Notes under the pieces: generated by a model
The model's database searches: none
What the model was told of the DNA's origin: nothing
The model's input: only the letters and a program-made list of their open reading frames with translations
Program-made: the position numbers and the translations under genes
Shown: in pieces, positions 1 through 12,028 of the stretch
Layout of the letters: each line of letters starts with the position of its first letter
How positions within the stretch are numbered: the stretch's first letter is position 1
NCBI GenBank assembly: GCA_017631795.1
Contig: JAGBSO010000052.1
Location: 6,132-70,131 of the forward strand
Direction: 5' to 3'
DNA length: 64,000 bases
Source of the DNA: Clostridia bacterium
GTDB taxonomy: Bacteria > Bacillota > Clostridia > Oscillospirales > Acutalibacteraceae

Positions 1-1241
<1,241 letters not shown>

Positions 1242-1247
1242 AACTTA

Positions 1248-2738
1248 TCACACCTGCATTTCAGAGAGAACACGTCTGAGTTCTTCTTCGTCTTCTTTCT
1301 CATAGTAGCCGGCTTCGATTCTGCCGAGCCATGCACCGTTTTCGTTTTCAAGTTTTGCGAAAAGGCGCTTTTCATATTCGTGAACATCCTTTACGGCAAC
1401 TTTATCAAGGAAACCGTTGATAACTGCGTAAACAATTGCAACCTGACAGCCTACACGGATGGGTGTGTTCTTGCCCTGTTTGAGAACTTCAACGATTCTT
1501 TCACCCAGTGCAAGACGAGCTTTTGTGTCTGCGTCAAGGTCACTGCCGAACTGAGAGAATGCCTGAAGTTCACGGTACTGTGAATAGAGAAGTTTCAGTT
1601 CACCCGAAACTTTCTTCATACCCTTGAGCTGAGCTGAACCGCCTACTCGGCTGACTGAAATACCGGGGTTGATAGCGGGCATGATACCTGAATGGAAAAG
1701 CTCTGTTTCAAGGAAAATCTGACCGTCTGTGATTGAGATAACGTTTGTGGGAATGTAAGCAGAAACGTCACCTGCCTGAGTTTCGATGATGGGCAGAGCA
1801 GTGATTGAACCGCCGCCGTATTCCTTTGCAACGCATGCTGCACGTTCAAGAAGTCTTGAATGCAGATAGAAAACGTCACCGGGATAAGCTTCACGTCCGG
1901 GAGGACGACGGATAAGCAGTGACAATGCACGGTATGCAACCGCATGTTTACTCAGGTCATCGTAAATGATAAGAACGTCTTTGCCCTGCTCACGGAAGTA
2001 TTCAGCCATTGCACAGCCGCTGTAAGGAGCGATATACTGCAAAGGAGCACTTTCTGCGGCAGAAGCAGAAACGATGATTGTATATTCCATTGCACCGTTA
2101 CGCAGAAGTTCACTTGCAAGCTGTGCAACTGATGTACTCTTCTGACCGATTGCAACATAAATACAGATAACGCCTGTATTTTTCTGATTGATAATTGTAT
2201 CAACAGCGATTTCTGTTTTACCTGTCTGTCTGTCACCGATGATAAGCTCACGCTGACCTCTGCCTATGGGAATCATGCTGTCGATAGCCTTGATACCTGT
2301 CTGCAGGGGAACGCTTACGCTTTCTCTTTCGATGATTCCGGGAGCTTCGGACTCAATGGGTCTTCTGCCGGAATATTCAACGGGACCTTTGCCGTCGATG
2401 GGTTCACCGAGGGCATTGACAACTCTGCCGAGAAGATTTTCACCAACGGGAACAGAAAGAACATTGCCTGTTCTTCTTACAGCGGAACCTTCACGGATAT
2501 TGTCTTTATCTGAAAGAACGGCAACGGAAACAGTTTCTTCTTCAAGGTTCTGTGCAACACCGAAACTGCCGTCTTCAAATTCAAGCAGTTCGTTTGCCAT
2601 ACAGTTACGAAGACCGTAAACACGTGCGATACCGTCACCAACAAGGATGACCTTGCCTGTTTCTGTCATATCAATTTTAGCCTTGTAATTTTTGATCTGA
2701 CTTTTGATGATATTGCTTATTTCTTCAGGTCTGTTCAT
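1248..2738 (-). CDS. atpA: F0F1 ATP synthase subunit alpha
   Basis: 496-aa ORF with the Walker A motif GDRQTGKT and the conserved stretch [31 protein letters not shown]. Confidence 0.97.
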   Translation of the reverse strand: MNRPEEISNIIKSQIKNYKAKIDMTETGKVILVGDGIARVYGLRNCMANELLEFEDGSFGVAQNLEEETVSVAVLSDKDNIREGSAVRRTGNVLSVPVGENLLGRVVNALGEPIDGKGPVEYSGRRPIESEAPGIIERESVSVPLQTGIKAIDSMIPIGRGQRELIIGDRQTGKTEIAVDTIINQKNTGVICIYVAIGQKSTSVAQLASELLRNGAMEYTIIVSASAAESAPLQYIAPYSGCAMAEYFREQGKDVLIIYDDLSKHAVAYRALSLLIRRPPGREAYPGDVFYLHSRLLERAACVAKEYGGGSITALPIIETQAGDVSAYIPTNVISITDGQIFLETELFHSGIMPAINPGISVSRVGGSAQLKGMKKVSGELKLLYSQYRELQAFSQFGSDLDADTKARLALGERIVEVLKQGKNTPIRVGCQVAIVYAVINGFLDKVAVKDVHEYEKRLFAKLENENGAWLGRIEAGYYEKEDEEELRRVLSEMQV

Positions 2739-3271
2739 CCCATGATCACATCCTTTACTTCCTGCAGACGGTGTTTCACACTTCCGTCAAAGGTCTTTCC
2801 TTCAACTTCAATCTTCATACCGCCTATCAGGGTTTCATCTATAATATACTGAGCTTCAACCTGTTTTTTTGTGATTTTTTCAAGTTTTGCAACAACAGCT
2901 TTTTTCTGACTTTCAGAAAGCTCAACAGCTGAATAAATGACTGCGTTTGTTCTGTCCGAAACAGACATCGCAAGTGCTATGAATTCATCAATACAGCCGA
3001 AAACGGATTTCATTCTGCCGTTTTCACAAAGCACTTTGAGAAATGACAGCGCATATTCGGGAAAACCTTCGCCGAATGCTTCGTCAATTGATGCTGCTCT
3101 TTCTTCAACAGACACTGCCGGAGAAGAAAGGAATTCAACATATTCTTCGTTTTCACGGAGAATATCTCTTATTGTTTTCATGCAGTCAACATAAGCCTCT
3201 GTGGAGTTTTCTTCTGCCGTGAGAGTGAAAAGAGCTGTGGCATATTCTCTCTCAGTCTGCATCATCTTCAC
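2735..3271 (-). CDS. atpH: F0F1 ATP synthase subunit delta (OSCP)
   Basis: 178-aa ORF at the operon position between atpF and atpA, with a 4-nt ATGA overlap with atpA. The start could instead be one of the nearby internal ATGs (3265 or 3262). Confidence 0.85.
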   Translation of the reverse strand: MKMMQTEREYATALFTLTAEENSTEAYVDCMKTIRDILRENEEYVEFLSSPAVSVEERAASIDEAFGEGFPEYALSFLKVLCENGRMKSVFGCIDEFIALAMSVSDRTNAVIYSAVELSESQKKAVVAKLEKITKKQVEAQYIIDETLIGGMKIEVEGKTFDGSVKHRLQEVKDVIMG

Positions 3272-3770
3272 CTATACTTTCAATAAAAGAGTCGATGAAA
3301 TTCTGATGGTCTGCAGCAGAAACTTCTCTGCCGAGCATTTTTTCTGTCAGAAGTGAAGAAACTTCAACAATTTCTTTCTTAATGCCGTCTTCTGCTTTCT
3401 TGCGTTCAAGGACAGCATCATTCTCAGCCTGACGGACAATACCGTCGGCTCTGACTTTTGCTTCTGCGATGATTTCTTTTTCTCTCTGTGATGCAACATT
3501 CACAGCTGACTTGATAACATCATCAGCTTCAGCCTTTGCACTGCGGAGCTTTTCTTCATAAGCATCCTTGTCTGCAAGAGCCTGATTCTTTGCATCCCGA
3601 GCTGCATCATAATCGCTCTGTATTGCATTCTGTCTTGTTTCAAGCATCTTTTTAACAGGCTTGTACAAGAACTTTTTTACCAGTAAAAATATGATCACAA
3701 GGTTGGCAAGAGATGCCAGCATCTGCCATATATTTACCGAAATAACATCTAAATTCTGCATTATTTTCAC
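3252..3770 (-). CDS. atpF: F0F1 ATP synthase subunit b
   Basis: 172-aa ORF with one N-terminal TM helix followed by a long charged coiled-coil (AKAEADDVIKSAVNVASQREKEIIAEAK). The operon position fits. Confidence 0.9.
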   Translation of the reverse strand: MKIMQNLDVISVNIWQMLASLANLVIIFLLVKKFLYKPVKKMLETRQNAIQSDYDAARDAKNQALADKDAYEEKLRSAKAEADDVIKSAVNVASQREKEIIAEAKVRADGIVRQAENDAVLERKKAEDGIKKEIVEVSSLLTEKMLGREVSAADHQNFIDSFIESIGEDDAD

Positions 3771-3788
3771 TCCGTAATCGGAAATGGA

Positions 3789-4100
<312 letters not shown>

Positions 4101-4103
4101 TTA

Positions 4104-5015
4104 TTATTCAACACCTGCGTGTTTTTTTACTTTTTTTGCTTTTTTCTTTTCCATGATTTTTCTGTATGTGTCCGCATCAAATGCACCTGCAACATACATC
4201 ATGGTCAGCATTGCGAAAATGAATGCCTGTAACAGTCCGCTGAAAATGTCGAAATAAAGCGAAAGCACAGCGGGAATACCCACCTGCAGAAGGGGAATGT
4301 CTGCAAGGAATCCGGGAAGCCAGCCCAGCAGTTTTGACGAAAGCGAACCGAGTGCTGTGGCAATAAGCACACCGATAACCGAGCCTGAAAGCACGTTTCC
4401 GTAATGACGGAATGCCATTGAAACGGGAGTTGCGATTTCACCGATAAGATTGATGGGTGTGAGCAATGCAACAGGCTGAGTAAAACTCTTAAGATAATTT
4501 ATCGGACCGCATTTCATCTTATAATATGTTATAAGAATGAAAACAAGCACAGCCCAACCGCCGACGATGTTTATGTCTGATGTGGGCGGATAAAGTCCGA
4601 AGAGTGTGATAAGGCTTGAAACACCTGAAAGAGCCATCATGCCGATGATGAAAGGTGAAAATGCCATGAAATATTCGCCCATGTTTTCGTTGACCATGCC
4701 GTCGACTTTTTCAACAATCAGCTCTGCAAAATGCTGTCTTTTAAGTTCGCATTTTTCTGTCAACCCGTGAGTCATGAAAAGACAGAAGAACAAAATCACA
4801 ACAGTCACAAGAAGTGAATTTATCTGCGACTCTGTCACGATAAAATCCTGCAGGGGCATCGGAATTGTGAAATAAATCTGTGCGCCTGTGATGTTTATGC
4901 CCTCAGATGCAGGTTTTGTAAGTACTTTTAGCACAATTCCCGCAATAAAAGGAATAATCATCATTGCGATGTAGAAAGCATCAACAATTCTGAATCGAAG
5001 AGATGTTTTTTTCAA
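4104..5015 (-). CDS. atpB: F0F1 ATP synthase subunit a
   Basis: 303-aa polytopic membrane protein containing AFRHYGNVLSGS, the conserved Arg region of a-subunits. The operon position fits. Confidence 0.92.
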   Translation of the reverse strand: MKKTSLRFRIVDAFYIAMMIIPFIAGIVLKVLTKPASEGINITGAQIYFTIPMPLQDFIVTESQINSLLVTVVILFFCLFMTHGLTEKCELKRQHFAELIVEKVDGMVNENMGEYFMAFSPFIIGMMALSGVSSLITLFGLYPPTSDINIVGGWAVLVFILITYYKMKCGPINYLKSFTQPVALLTPINLIGEIATPVSMAFRHYGNVLSGSVIGVLIATALGSLSSKLLGWLPGFLADIPLLQVGIPAVLSLYFDIFSGLLQAFIFAMLTMMYVAGAFDADTYRKIMEKKKAKKVKKHAGVE

Positions 5016-5407
5016 CTTTTTCCCTCCTTTTTCTTGATGAAGAAATATCTGAGTGCAACTGCGATACGGGGGAAAATGAAGGGTATCACAACTGCAACAA
5101 TTTCAATTGCAGGTACGAGATAACCGATGAGTGCCACAACAAAAAGCAGCAGCAAACGCAGCATCTGCGAGAGTTTCATTCTGTTTTTAGCTTCTTTTTC
5201 GTCTTTTCCGAGAGCTGACTGTACTGTAAGCCCCAGAAGGAAGAAGTTTCCGCCTGCCGCAAAAGCTCCCAGAAGATTACCCCACAGAATTGATAAATCC
5301 CATTTTCCGAGGATAAGATAGACAGCTTCCATAAGCACGCTGAAAATAAGAATAAATGCAAAAACAAAAATTGTTTCCTGCATAACTGTTTTGTCAACTT
5401 TTTTCAT
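5012..5407 (-). CDS. atpI: ATP synthase protein I-like small membrane protein
   Basis: 131-aa hydrophobic protein and the first gene of the atp operon, with a 4-nt overlap with atpB. Confidence 0.7.
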   Translation of the reverse strand: MKKVDKTVMQETIFVFAFILIFSVLMEAVYLILGKWDLSILWGNLLGAFAAGGNFFLLGLTVQSALGKDEKEAKNRMKLSQMLRLLLLFVVALIGYLVPAIEIVAVVIPFIFPRIAVALRYFFIKKKEGKS

Positions 5408-5487
5408 GCTGTATCCGAACCTTTTAAATATTTTTATACTATTTTATTATCATACCATGATTATTAATAAAAGGCAAGTTGTTTTTG

Positions 5488-7977
5488 TCAGATTTTTATG
5501 ACTTCTGTACCTTCGGGCAACACAAAATTCCAGTCATCAAGACTGCCCTCAACACATTTTACGGTGCATTTTCCGTTTTTAAATTTCACCGTTGCAATCG
5601 CGTCGCAAAGACACAATGGAAGAGTGATATCCTGTTTTACGGGATTGAGTTTTACGGTCTTTTCTGCTTTATTCACATAAAGACCGAGAGCTGCATTGAT
5701 TGTTGAAAAGCTTGAAAGAGGTCTTGTGTAATGATGACCGCATTCCCAATGGTCCCAGAATGCACCGAAACGCATCTGATTTTCATGGATTGATGCAACT
5801 TCCTTTTCTGCAATGTCCTGAAGACCCACAGACAGAGCCAATGCGGCGAATACATAGCCGATGCCTGTCCACATGGCTTCACCCTGACAGTTTTTGTATG
5901 TGTGGATTGAAGTTTTTCTGCCTTCGGGACATGATGCGTTTTTAAGACCTGATTCCTTGTCGAAATTCTTTTCAAAGATGAATTCTGTAACAGCCCTGAC
6001 TCTTTCGTCGGGAATATTTCCGCCGATGCCTATCATACGAAGGAACCATTCACCGTCAAGATGGTCGGTCATAAGTGCTTCGTCAGTTTCTGTTTCGTTG
6101 CACCAGAGATTGTAATATTCACCGTTCCAGAGTTTTTCGTCAAGTGACTTTTTGCCTTTTTCAAGAATTGCATTCCATTTTTCTGCACGTGAACTGTCGT
6201 TCATGATTTCTGCAATCATAACAGCAGCTTTGAGCGCTGCAAGCCACAGCACCGAAATATATGCGGGTGTGCCTGAGAAATTCCATGCGTCATATGTGTT
6301 GCGTGTTGTGTTGTAATCGGGCAGACCGTCACCGTTTCTGTCAAGAGTTTCTGTGGAATCCATTGCTCTTTCCACATTGTTCCACAGCGTTTCAATATAT
6401 TCTCTGTCACCTGTGAAAAGGTAGTCACGAAGCACCATGAGAACAAACTGCATGTTGATGTCAACACGTTCAAAACCGTTGTTTACGTTGTCAAGGTCAG
6501 TTAAGAAGCAGTGATGCACTCTGCCGTCTTCACGCTGAAACTCAGCGCCCATTTTTATCTGTTTTTTCTGCAGGTCGGGGAAAAGTGCCAGCAGACTGAA
6601 TGATGCGTGATATGTGATGTCGGTTGTGTGGAAACCACAGAAACCAAGACCTTCCCACAGACCGAATTTTCCGTTTTTACGGTACAGTGAGCTTTTGATG
6701 ATTGTTGCAAGATGTGAGCTCCATGATTCGGGGAAAACGGAGGGCATATCCGTATCGAAAAGTGCATCGGACAAAGCTTCTGCACGGTCTGCGACATCGG
6801 GATTTTCTGTCAGGAATCTGTTTGCTTCAAGAGAATCGGCATAAAGGTTTTCGTAGTAGTGACCTAAGTTTTTGCCGTCTTTTGTTATGTGATTGGGGAA
6901 ATACCATGTGAAAACAAATCTGATTTTTTTCTTTTCACCGGGCAGAAGTTTCACTTTCCCGCACAAAGCCGATGCACCGAAATCATATTTCATTCTGTCT
7001 TCCTGCTGACGACGGAAACCGTTTACAAGGTCAGCTTTTTCGTTTCTGTCTGCAGGCATTGAAGGTATAATCTGACGGATTCTCTGCACAAGAGACTGTG
7101 CAAAGGGATATTGCATATATTCGTCATAAAGTGCGTCAATTTCAGCATCCGACAATTCATCTGTATTTTCGGGGATTGCAGAAGGTTTTGTACCTGCTGT
7201 GCTGTTCGGAAGACTTCCGTTTTCTCTGAAACCGAAAAGGACAGATTCCTGAGAAACACCGTACTTGCGGAAATATGCAAAAAAGTCTTTCATGAATTTT
7301 ATATGCTCTGCAGCGATGAAAGATTTTTCACCGTCACCGTTTACGGAGAAAGAAAAGTTTCCGCAGTTTGGCGTACCTGTGTCCTTTGCAATGTCTGAAA
7401 AAATGCACACACCGTTTTCTGACTTGTGAACGGAATTCACTCTGCCTGAATCCTGGTCTGCGAAAGAGGGCACAAGAGTGCCCAGAAGACTTACGTCAAG
7501 CTCCTTTTCAGTGGGATTTTCAACAGTAAAATCAAGATAAAAACCGGGTGTTGAGGCAATATCAGAATTGTGCGGAACAAAAGGCGCAACAGCTTTCAGA
7601 GATAAATTACAGGGGAGAACGGAATCAATGTAATCAATGTCGCATACGGGGAATCTGCCGTCAAAATCAATGCGCTCAACGGGTTTGTTCCAGCCGAACA
7701 TACGGTATGTGAAATCATCGGGATCTGTTTTCATGCCGAGTTTTCTGACGATGATATCACCGTTTTCATCTTCACTTCTGACATAGAAAGACAGTGCGCC
7801 TGTGTGCTGTTCACCGTCGTCAGCTTTGTTTTCCCAGCATACTTTTGTGATACGGTCAACGTTTGCAATCTGCCAGAAATGGAATTCACCGTCGGGAAGA
7901 AGTTCAACAGTACCGCTGCCGATACCGCCCAACGCAATACCGCTGTTATGCGTCTTTGTTGTTGTTATTTTAGCCAT
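5488..7977 (-). CDS. GH116-type beta-glucosidase (GBA2/non-lysosomal glucosylceramidase-like)
   Basis: 829-aa ORF. The N-terminus GIALGGIGSGTVELLPDGEFHFWQIAN matches the GBA2-type N-terminal domain. The C-terminal half looks like an (alpha/alpha)6 catalytic region. Confidence 0.75.
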   Translation of the reverse strand: MAKITTTKTHNSGIALGGIGSGTVELLPDGEFHFWQIANVDRITKVCWENKADDGEQHTGALSFYVRSEDENGDIIVRKLGMKTDPDDFTYRMFGWNKPVERIDFDGRFPVCDIDYIDSVLPCNLSLKAVAPFVPHNSDIASTPGFYLDFTVENPTEKELDVSLLGTLVPSFADQDSGRVNSVHKSENGVCIFSDIAKDTGTPNCGNFSFSVNGDGEKSFIAAEHIKFMKDFFAYFRKYGVSQESVLFGFRENGSLPNSTAGTKPSAIPENTDELSDAEIDALYDEYMQYPFAQSLVQRIRQIIPSMPADRNEKADLVNGFRRQQEDRMKYDFGASALCGKVKLLPGEKKKIRFVFTWYFPNHITKDGKNLGHYYENLYADSLEANRFLTENPDVADRAEALSDALFDTDMPSVFPESWSSHLATIIKSSLYRKNGKFGLWEGLGFCGFHTTDITYHASFSLLALFPDLQKKQIKMGAEFQREDGRVHHCFLTDLDNVNNGFERVDINMQFVLMVLRDYLFTGDREYIETLWNNVERAMDSTETLDRNGDGLPDYNTTRNTYDAWNFSGTPAYISVLWLAALKAAVMIAEIMNDSSRAEKWNAILEKGKKSLDEKLWNGEYYNLWCNETETDEALMTDHLDGEWFLRMIGIGGNIPDERVRAVTEFIFEKNFDKESGLKNASCPEGRKTSIHTYKNCQGEAMWTGIGYVFAALALSVGLQDIAEKEVASIHENQMRFGAFWDHWECGHHYTRPLSSFSTINAALGLYVNKAEKTVKLNPVKQDITLPLCLCDAIATVKFKNGKCTVKCVEGSLDDWNFVLPEGTEVIKI

Positions 7978-8012
7978 AATGTCTCAGCTCCAATTATAAA
8001 TAATGATTTGTT

Positions 8013-8187
8013 GAACAATCCGATAATTTCGTGTAGGGGCGGTGTCCCTACCGCCCGATTGTGAGCATAGCGAACAATAACGGCATTGCCGTTTGTTTTC
8101 CTACGGAAAATGCACATTTGTGCCGGGCGTTGAGGACAACGCCCCTACGATATATCAATCAATTCCTGCTTTACTGATTATTGTTTA
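8013..8187 (-). repeat. Type-A miniature inverted-repeat element, copy A1 (REPIN-like core 8033-8148, inverted relative to A2/A3)
   Basis: The core is bounded by GTAGGGGCGGTGTCCCTACCGCCCG and CGGGCGTTGAGGACAACGCCCCTAC. The right terminus CTGATTATTGTTTA is canonical. The left terminus GAACAATCCGATAATTTCG is degenerate. Confidence 0.85.
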
Positions 8188-10560
8188 CAGTCTGAACATC
8201 ATTTCTATAATTCTCTTTACGCACAGTTCGAGTTCTGCACGTGTAAGGTCGCCTTTTTCAACTGCTGCTCTGAGTTCATCGGGGTAACCAACGGGCATTT
8301 TAAGGTCGTTACCTGCTTTTACTTCCTTTACGGGGTCATTCTTGACACCCCAGTCAGTTTCAACCATGCCTTTAAAGCCCCATTCATAGCGGAGAATACC
8401 TGTCAGAAGTTCCCAGCTTTCAGATGTGTGCTGACCGTTTATAAGGTTATATGAAGACATGACAGTGATGGGGTCTGATTCTTTTACAGCAATTTCAAAG
8501 CCTTTGAGATAAATTTCTCTGAGTGCTCTTTCGGAGAGTCTTGAATCGTTCTGATAACGGTTTGCTTCCTTGTTGTTACAGGCAAAATGCTTCATTGAAA
8601 CGGCAATCTTGCTTGACTGCATACCTCTGATGGCAGCAGCGGCAGATTTACCTGCAACAAGGGGATCTTCCGAGTAATATTCAAAGTTTCTTCCGCAAAG
8701 GGGATCACGGTGAATGTTGAGCGCAGGTGTGAGCCAGATGCCGATGTTGTTTTCTCTGACTTCTGCACCGCCTGCAGCACCTACTTCGTAAATCAGATCG
8801 GGATCCCATGAACATGCAAGAAGAGTTGCGCAGGGCCATGCTGTTGTGGGAATTCCTGTTTCGGTGTTAAGACGAAGACCTGCAGGACCGTCTGCTGTGG
8901 GAATAGCGGGAGTGTCGAGTCTGTGTTTTATAGGGCCGAAACAGCCTGTGTTTGCAACACCTGTGGGAGGCTGACCGCCTACGAAATCGCAGAGTTCTTC
9001 GATTGTGAACTGTTTGATAAATTCTTCGATAGTGCATTTTTTGCCGATGTCATCGAATTTTACTGCTTCAGCGGGAGCTTCTGCAACCATTTCGGGTACG
9101 GGTTCATAGTAATATGAAGCTTCACCCATGGGAAGTTCTTCATAAGTTCCGTCTGAAAGCATTCTCTTTGCAAGTTTTGTGGGTCTGCACCACTGTTTAA
9201 GCTGTTCGACAACAGTATCGTTTTTAACAACATATTCAAAGCCGAGTTTTTCTGTATCTCTTACAGAAGTACCCATGTGGAATGTATATGTGCCTTTTTC
9301 AAGGACGTAAGCAGTCTTCTGAATCTTGCCCAGGTCATCGAAACTTGCCATGTTGGTTATATCAAAGCTCATGACAATTGTTTCTGATTCACCGGGAGCG
9401 AGAAGTTTTGTCTTTTTGTATGCGGCAAGCTCTTTTGCAGGTTTGCCGAGTTTGCCCTGGGGAGCAGAATAGTAAAGCTGAACGATTTCTTTACCTGCAA
9501 CGTCGCCTGTGTTTTTAACTGTCACAACAGCAACAATTTTTCCTTCACTTTCAAGACAGGCCTTGCCGCTGAAACTGAATTCTGTATATGAAAGACCGAA
9601 ACCGAAGGGATATCTTACAAATTTATCTGCACCGGGGATTGTTTCAAAATAACGGTAGCCCACATAAATATCATCTGAATAATCGCAGTACCAGAAACTC
9701 TCCCGGAAATCGTCTTTACAGGGATAGCAGTCATAAGTTGTGGCAATTGTGTCAACCATTTTGCCTGAGGGATTCACGTCACCGCAAAGCACATCGGCGA
9801 TTGCAGCACCGCCTTCCATACCGCCCTGCCATGAGAAAAGCAGAGCCTGTACTTTGTCGTTTTCCGCAAAATATTCGCAGTCCATTGTTGCACCTGAATT
9901 TATGACGATAATGACCTTGCTGAAAGCCTGAGTTGCTCTGTCGATAAGATTCTTTTCAAGGTCAGAGAGATAGTAGTCACCGCCCTGAGGTCTTCTGTCA
10001 ACACCTTCTGCAGAGAAGCGGCTCAGAGTGATGATTGCTGTGTCTGCATTTTCTGATGCTGATTTTATAAGCTCATCGGGGACTTCTGCTTCAGTTACGT
10101 GCATAGCCGCAAAGGTATCGTAAGTCATGTCGTCACGCAACTGGCAGAATTCCATATTGTTTACAATGTCCCAACGGGCATTTATCTGCTCTTCGGTGAG
10201 CACATTCACGCTTTCACGCTTTACATATTCTTTGTAGAAATCAACAAGCGGCATGTAAATCTTTACTTTACCTTCTTTTTCTTTTTCTTCAAAGCCTTCA
10301 TAAATATTTCTGATGTAAGGGCAGTGCACATCACCGCTTCCGCCACCGCCTTTTATGTATTCAATTGAAGCTTTTCCGAAAAGAGCAATTCTTTCACCTT
10401 TTGCAAGGGGCAGTGCATTGTCGTTGTTTTTGAGCAATACCATACCTTCTGTTGCAGCTTTTCTTGAAAGTGCAATGTGTTTGTCGGATGCAGTCACACG
10501 TCTGCCGTCTTCTCCCAGAGGAAGACACGGCTGATATCTGAATCTTGCAAATCTATCCAT
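8185..10560 (-). CDS. GH3 beta-glucosidase with permuted domain order
   Basis: I trimmed the ORF to the ATG at 10560 (MDRFARFRYQ...). The N-terminus has GH3 alpha/beta-sandwich motifs (GMVLLKNNDNALPL). The middle has an Fn3-like region (GFGLSYTEFSFS, VTVKNTGDVAGKEIVQLYY). The C-terminus has TIM-barrel motifs (HRDPLCGRNFEYYSEDP, KHFACNN, GMVETDWG). Confidence 0.85.
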   Translation of the reverse strand: MDRFARFRYQPCLPLGEDGRRVTASDKHIALSRKAATEGMVLLKNNDNALPLAKGERIALFGKASIEYIKGGGGSGDVHCPYIRNIYEGFEEKEKEGKVKIYMPLVDFYKEYVKRESVNVLTEEQINARWDIVNNMEFCQLRDDMTYDTFAAMHVTEAEVPDELIKSASENADTAIITLSRFSAEGVDRRPQGGDYYLSDLEKNLIDRATQAFSKVIIVINSGATMDCEYFAENDKVQALLFSWQGGMEGGAAIADVLCGDVNPSGKMVDTIATTYDCYPCKDDFRESFWYCDYSDDIYVGYRYFETIPGADKFVRYPFGFGLSYTEFSFSGKACLESEGKIVAVVTVKNTGDVAGKEIVQLYYSAPQGKLGKPAKELAAYKKTKLLAPGESETIVMSFDITNMASFDDLGKIQKTAYVLEKGTYTFHMGTSVRDTEKLGFEYVVKNDTVVEQLKQWCRPTKLAKRMLSDGTYEELPMGEASYYYEPVPEMVAEAPAEAVKFDDIGKKCTIEEFIKQFTIEELCDFVGGQPPTGVANTGCFGPIKHRLDTPAIPTADGPAGLRLNTETGIPTTAWPCATLLACSWDPDLIYEVGAAGGAEVRENNIGIWLTPALNIHRDPLCGRNFEYYSEDPLVAGKSAAAAIRGMQSSKIAVSMKHFACNNKEANRYQNDSRLSERALREIYLKGFEIAVKESDPITVMSSYNLINGQHTSESWELLTGILRYEWGFKGMVETDWGVKNDPVKEVKAGNDLKMPVGYPDELRAAVEKGDLTRAELELCVKRIIEMMFRL

Positions 10561-10706
10561 AATTATCAGTCCAATCTTTAAAAATAATATAATCATTATA
10601 TACCCGCAGGAAAAAATCGTCAAGAAGAAATAGCATACTGCTCTTGCGTAATGAAAATATTTTTGCTATAATATAGTCATATATACAGACAGTCAGGTGA
10701 TGTCAG

Positions 10707-11906
10707 ATGGAATTTAACAAAGAAAACAGTAAAAAAATAGCAAAATGGATAATCGGTATTGCCACAACGTGTATACTTATCTATCTCGGTGTGCAGAATA
10801 TTGAGTATTTCAGCGGAGCGCTTTCAAAGGGTGTGCAACTTGTCCTTCCTCTGCTTATGGGTATATTTTTTGCACTTATTCTTGATGTTCCTGTTCGTTT
10901 TTTCGAAAGACATCTGTTCAAAAAAAGCAAAAAAGAATTTGTAAAAAAAATGAAAAGACCTCTTGCCCTTGTGCTGGCAATTGTTATGATTGTCGGTGTG
11001 CTGGCAGGTATTATAGGTCTTGTTATTCCCGAGCTTATCAATGCCGTTAAAATCATTGTTCAGGCGGCAGTTGACCTTTTCGGAAAAATCGGTGATACAG
11101 AAGCCGAAGCTCTTGTTTCAAAACTGCCCTTCGGTGAAATGCTTTATAACAATGTACTCGCAAATTACAATATCGACTGGGATAAAATCGGAAGCACACT
11201 GCAGAAATGGATTACAGAACAGGGCGGAAATATCATGAATACTGCAATGGGTACTGTCAGCACACTTGTCAGCGCTGTTGTAAATTTCATTATTGCCATA
11301 TTTTTCGCTATCTATGTGCTTATCAGCAAAGAAAAACTTGAAAAACAGGCTCAGCGTCTGATAAAGGCATGGATTCCCGAAAAAGTCGGAAATATGGTGA
11401 TTCATACATTTGAAGTCGGCGTGGGAATTTTCCGCAATTTCGTTTCGGGACAGACACTCGAAGCAGTCATTCTCGGAACATTGTGTATGGTTGGTATGCT
11501 TATTCTTAAAATACCCTATGCTCCCATGGTCGGTGCTCTTGTCGGTGTTACAGCATACATCCCCGTTGTCGGTGCATTTGTGGGCACTGCAATCGGTGCG
11601 TTCATGATTCTGACTGTTTCACCCACAAAAGCTCTTGTGTTCATTATCTATCTTCTTATATTACAGCAGATTGAAGGCAACGTAATTTATCCCAAAGTCA
11701 TGGGCGACAAAATCAATCTGCCTGCAATATGGGTACTTGCAGCGGTTACAATCGGCGGCGGGATTGCGGGTCCTCTCGGTATGATTCTCGGTGTGCCCAT
11801 TACATCAACAATTTATGTGCTCATCCGTGAGGAAACAGAAAAACGTGAAAAGAAACTGGCAGAAAAAGCAGCTGCCGAAGAAATCACGGAAGTTGAGACA
11901 GAATAA
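10707..11906 (+). CDS. AI-2E family transporter (PerM/UPF0118)
   Basis: 399-aa polytopic membrane protein carrying the family signature QQIEGNVIYPKVMG. Confidence 0.8.
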   Translation: MEFNKENSKKIAKWIIGIATTCILIYLGVQNIEYFSGALSKGVQLVLPLLMGIFFALILDVPVRFFERHLFKKSKKEFVKKMKRPLALVLAIVMIVGVLAGIIGLVIPELINAVKIIVQAAVDLFGKIGDTEAEALVSKLPFGEMLYNNVLANYNIDWDKIGSTLQKWITEQGGNIMNTAMGTVSTLVSAVVNFIIAIFFAIYVLISKEKLEKQAQRLIKAWIPEKVGNMVIHTFEVGVGIFRNFVSGQTLEAVILGTLCMVGMLILKIPYAPMVGALVGVTAYIPVVGAFVGTAIGAFMILTVSPTKALVFIIYLLILQQIEGNVIYPKVMGDKINLPAIWVLAAVTIGGGIAGPLGMILGVPITSTIYVLIREETEKREKKLAEKAAAEEITEVETE

Positions 11907-11916
11907 AAGATGTCAG

Positions 11917-11946
11917 GAAGCCGTAGAAATACGGCTTCTTTTTTTG
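11917..11946 (+). terminator. Rho-independent terminator
   Basis: GAAGCCGTA-GAAA-TACGGCTTC hairpin followed by a T-run. Confidence 0.75.
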
Positions 11947-12028
11947 CATTTTACTATTGTTTTATATAAAAATATTTGTTATAATGTAAAAAGTATATAA
12001 AAACTGCAAACCGAAAGGAGCTTTTAAT

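Noticed and set aside
8093-8287. Short ORFs inside type-A repeats (8093-8287 plus strand; 39652-39864 minus strand). They encode similar peptides containing GKCTxVPGVEDNAPT.
   Set aside because: The similarity comes from translating the same repeated DNA. No RBS is present, and starts and stops differ between copies. The third copy (33059-33175) has no equivalent ORF in the track.
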